The position numbers and the translations under genes are program-made. This document shows, piece after piece, positions 61,986-64,000 of a stretch of 64,000 bases of DNA; position 1 is the first letter of the stretch; each line of letters starts with the position of its first letter. The stretch covers positions 51,523,400-51,587,399 of the forward strand of contig NC_057728.1 in the NCBI RefSeq assembly GCF_004010195.1, given 5' to 3'. The DNA comes from Chiloscyllium plagiosum (lineage: Eukaryota). The notes under the pieces are model-generated. The model saw only the letters and a program-made list of their open reading frames with translations. It was not told where the DNA came from and ran no database searches.

Positions 61986-62468
61986 AAGTTAAAAATCACA
62001 CAACACCAGGTTATAGTCCAACAGGTTTAATTGGAAGCACACTAGCTTTCGGAGCGACGCTCCTTCATCAGGTGGTAGTGGAGGGCTCAATCCTAACGCA
62101 CAGAATTTATAGCAAAAATTTACAGTGTGATGTAACTGAAATTATACATTGAAAAATTAATTGTCTGTTAAGCCTTTCATCTGTTAGAATACAGTGATAG
62201 TTTCACTTCTTTCACGTGCAAATCACAAACTTTTTTCTAAAAAAGTTGCATTCTCATGTTAGCTGTTAACAATGGTGATAGCTAGACAATATGTTGAAGG
62301 TGTTGGTCCCCTGTGTTCTCTGTCTATGCCATGACGATTCTAATCTAAAAAGTGAGATAACAGAGTTTTACATGAATGCATGCAGTTTTTGAGCAAAGTA
62401 CAATGTAACCCTGCAAGTACAAATTCACCCCACAAAATAAATGTATGCATGTGGGTCCAAATCAAGAT
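61986..62468 (-). mobile_element. PLE-type 3' segment (family C) with an 11-bp TSD, inside an old antisense CR1
   Basis: TCCTTATTGCA at 61975-61985 and 62469-62479. Confidence 0.8.
62040..62074 (-). ncRNA. Minimal hammerhead ribozyme motif (family C), intact
   Basis: Minus strand CAC-CTGATGA-A-GGAGC GTC GCTCC-GAAAG-CTA-GTG. Confidence 0.72.
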
Positions 62469-62911
62469 TCCTTATTGCAGTACTCGATTCCTTGTTCAAT
62501 ATTGTGACACCTCATCCCTCTTTGTACCTATGTTATTGGTCCCAATGTGAACTGTGATTGCTGACCGTTCACTCTCCTCCTTAGAATGTGCTGTAGCTGT
62601 ATAGTGCCATTCTTGACCCTGACCCCATAAATGCTACACTCCGTCTTGGAGTCACATCTGTAGCTGCAGAAATGCCTATCCGCGCATCTCTCTATTGAGT
62701 CTATTACTGCTGGTCGGCTATTTACCCTTCCCGCTTGTGCAGCTGGGTTCTGGCTGCATTCTCCAGAGAAACTGTTACTCTCACTGTTTTTGTGCACAGA
62801 ATAACTGCTCATGAGTGAGCTGCACTCTTAGGGTTTTCCTGACCACCTGTTCTCTTCTGAGGGATGGTCACCTATTCTCCTGTCTGTCTGCACTCCTTAA
62901 GCTATGAGTAA

Positions 62912-63137
62912 TGAAATAACTCCACAGAGGCCAGTATCCCCTCATCAAGTCACCCTTTATTTACACGTGCATACTACTTGACACTGGTCTGGCTCCCTCA
63001 GAGCCAGCTCTCAGAGTGAACAGAAACTCTGAACTCCTCTTTATATCTGTCAGCCAGGGCTCCCTGATCATTCCAGGTTAACAACCCTAGTCAGAGAACT
63101 CATATTCTACGTGGTCCACCTGGTAACCATAACTAAA
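62912..63137 (-). mobile_element. Solo LTR, same family as 3737-3971
   Basis: Reverse complement aligns with the first copy, including GATATAAA, AATAAAGGGTGACTTG and the GAGTTATTTCA terminus. Confidence 0.75.
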
Positions 63138-63369
63138 GTGAGCTGTCCACAGCCTCTAGCCAGAATTCAATCTCCAAAATTGAAGGAACTATTAGGGGAG
63201 ATGACCAGAAGCTTGGCCTAAATGTTGGAGCTTAAGGGACATCTTTAAGGTGGCTAGAGGTGCAGAATTCATGAGCTAAGGATCCATGCAGCTGAAGCCC
63301 TCAATAGCAGAATGCTTCAAATCAGGGGATGTTTGAGAGGCAAAAATTGGAGACGCACAAATACCTCAG

Positions 63370-63765
63370 AGAATTATTTTATTTTCTTTATTGTCACAGG
63401 TGATGAGAGCATTGCAGACCAACCCAATATTTGTTGTCCATACCTATTTGTCCTCCAACTGGCTGGTTAGTCGACCGTTTAAGAGTGAACCACTTAATGT
63501 GGGTCTGGAGTCACACATAGAGCAAACCAGGTAAGGATAGCAGATTTCCTTCCCTGAAGGAGAAGAATGAACTGGATGGGTTTTTAAAGGTAATTGCGGA
63601 TAACCATCATGGTTGCCACCACAAAGACGAACTTCAAAATCCCATGTTTTATTAATTGAGTTTAAACTTTGCCAGCTACTGTGGTGTGATTTGAACACAC
63701 TTGCACAAAACATTAGCCTATGTTGCTGGAGTGCTAATCTACTGACATTACCACTGTACTACCAT
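63370..63765 (-). mobile_element. SINE-B
   Basis: Antisense family match. Confidence 0.7.
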
Positions 63766-64000
63766 CTCAGCTTGGACTCAGACTCCCGGCCTCAGTGTGG
63801 ACTGGAATCCTAGCCTCAGAGTGGTAACTGGACTCCCGGCCTCTGTGTGGGACTGGGATCCCAGCCTCAGTGTGGGACTGGAATCCCGGCCTCAGTGTGG
63901 ACTGGAATCCCGGCCTCAGTGTGGACTCAGACTCCCAGCCTCAGCATGGACTGGACTCCCGGCCTCAGTGTGCACTGGAATCTCGGCCTCAGTGTGGACT
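63766..64000. repeat. 24-bp minisatellite (CCTCAGTGTGGACTGGAATCCCGG), continuing past the window end
   Basis: Direct periodicity (63890, 63914). Confidence 0.92.

Overview
Eukaryotic, repeat-dominated genomic DNA from a cartilaginous fish, most likely a shark. This is inferred from abundant HE1-type V-SINEs, HER1/CR1 LINEs and SacSINE1-like Deu-SINEs. No host protein-coding gene could be identified with confidence: the ORFs I could recognise are decayed retroelement fragments, and the rest look like chance ORFs. Contents: two near-full-length decayed CR1 LINEs (ORF1 esterase, with a zinc finger in the + copy; ORF2 APE/RT), a second CR1-clade LINE and its partner tRNA-SINE, Rex1/Babar and RTE fragments, about 12 HE1 SINEs, Deu-SINEs, two solo LTRs of one family, a 1.8-kb 32-bp minisatellite, a 24-bp minisatellite and three assembly gaps. 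The most interesting signal is a dense set of short Penelope-like element (PLE) insertions from four families. Each family carries a minimal hammerhead ribozyme motif (CUGANGA-N-helix II-GAAA plus a palindromic helix III) with covarying stems. Many copies have TSDs, and their truncation or fold-back points often fall at the ribozyme. Also seen: a locally templated inverted duplication inside a CR1 tail, a perfect 42-bp palindrome, and a tentative chain of minus-strand exons. All family assignments were made by eye, without database searches, and repeat boundaries are approximate.
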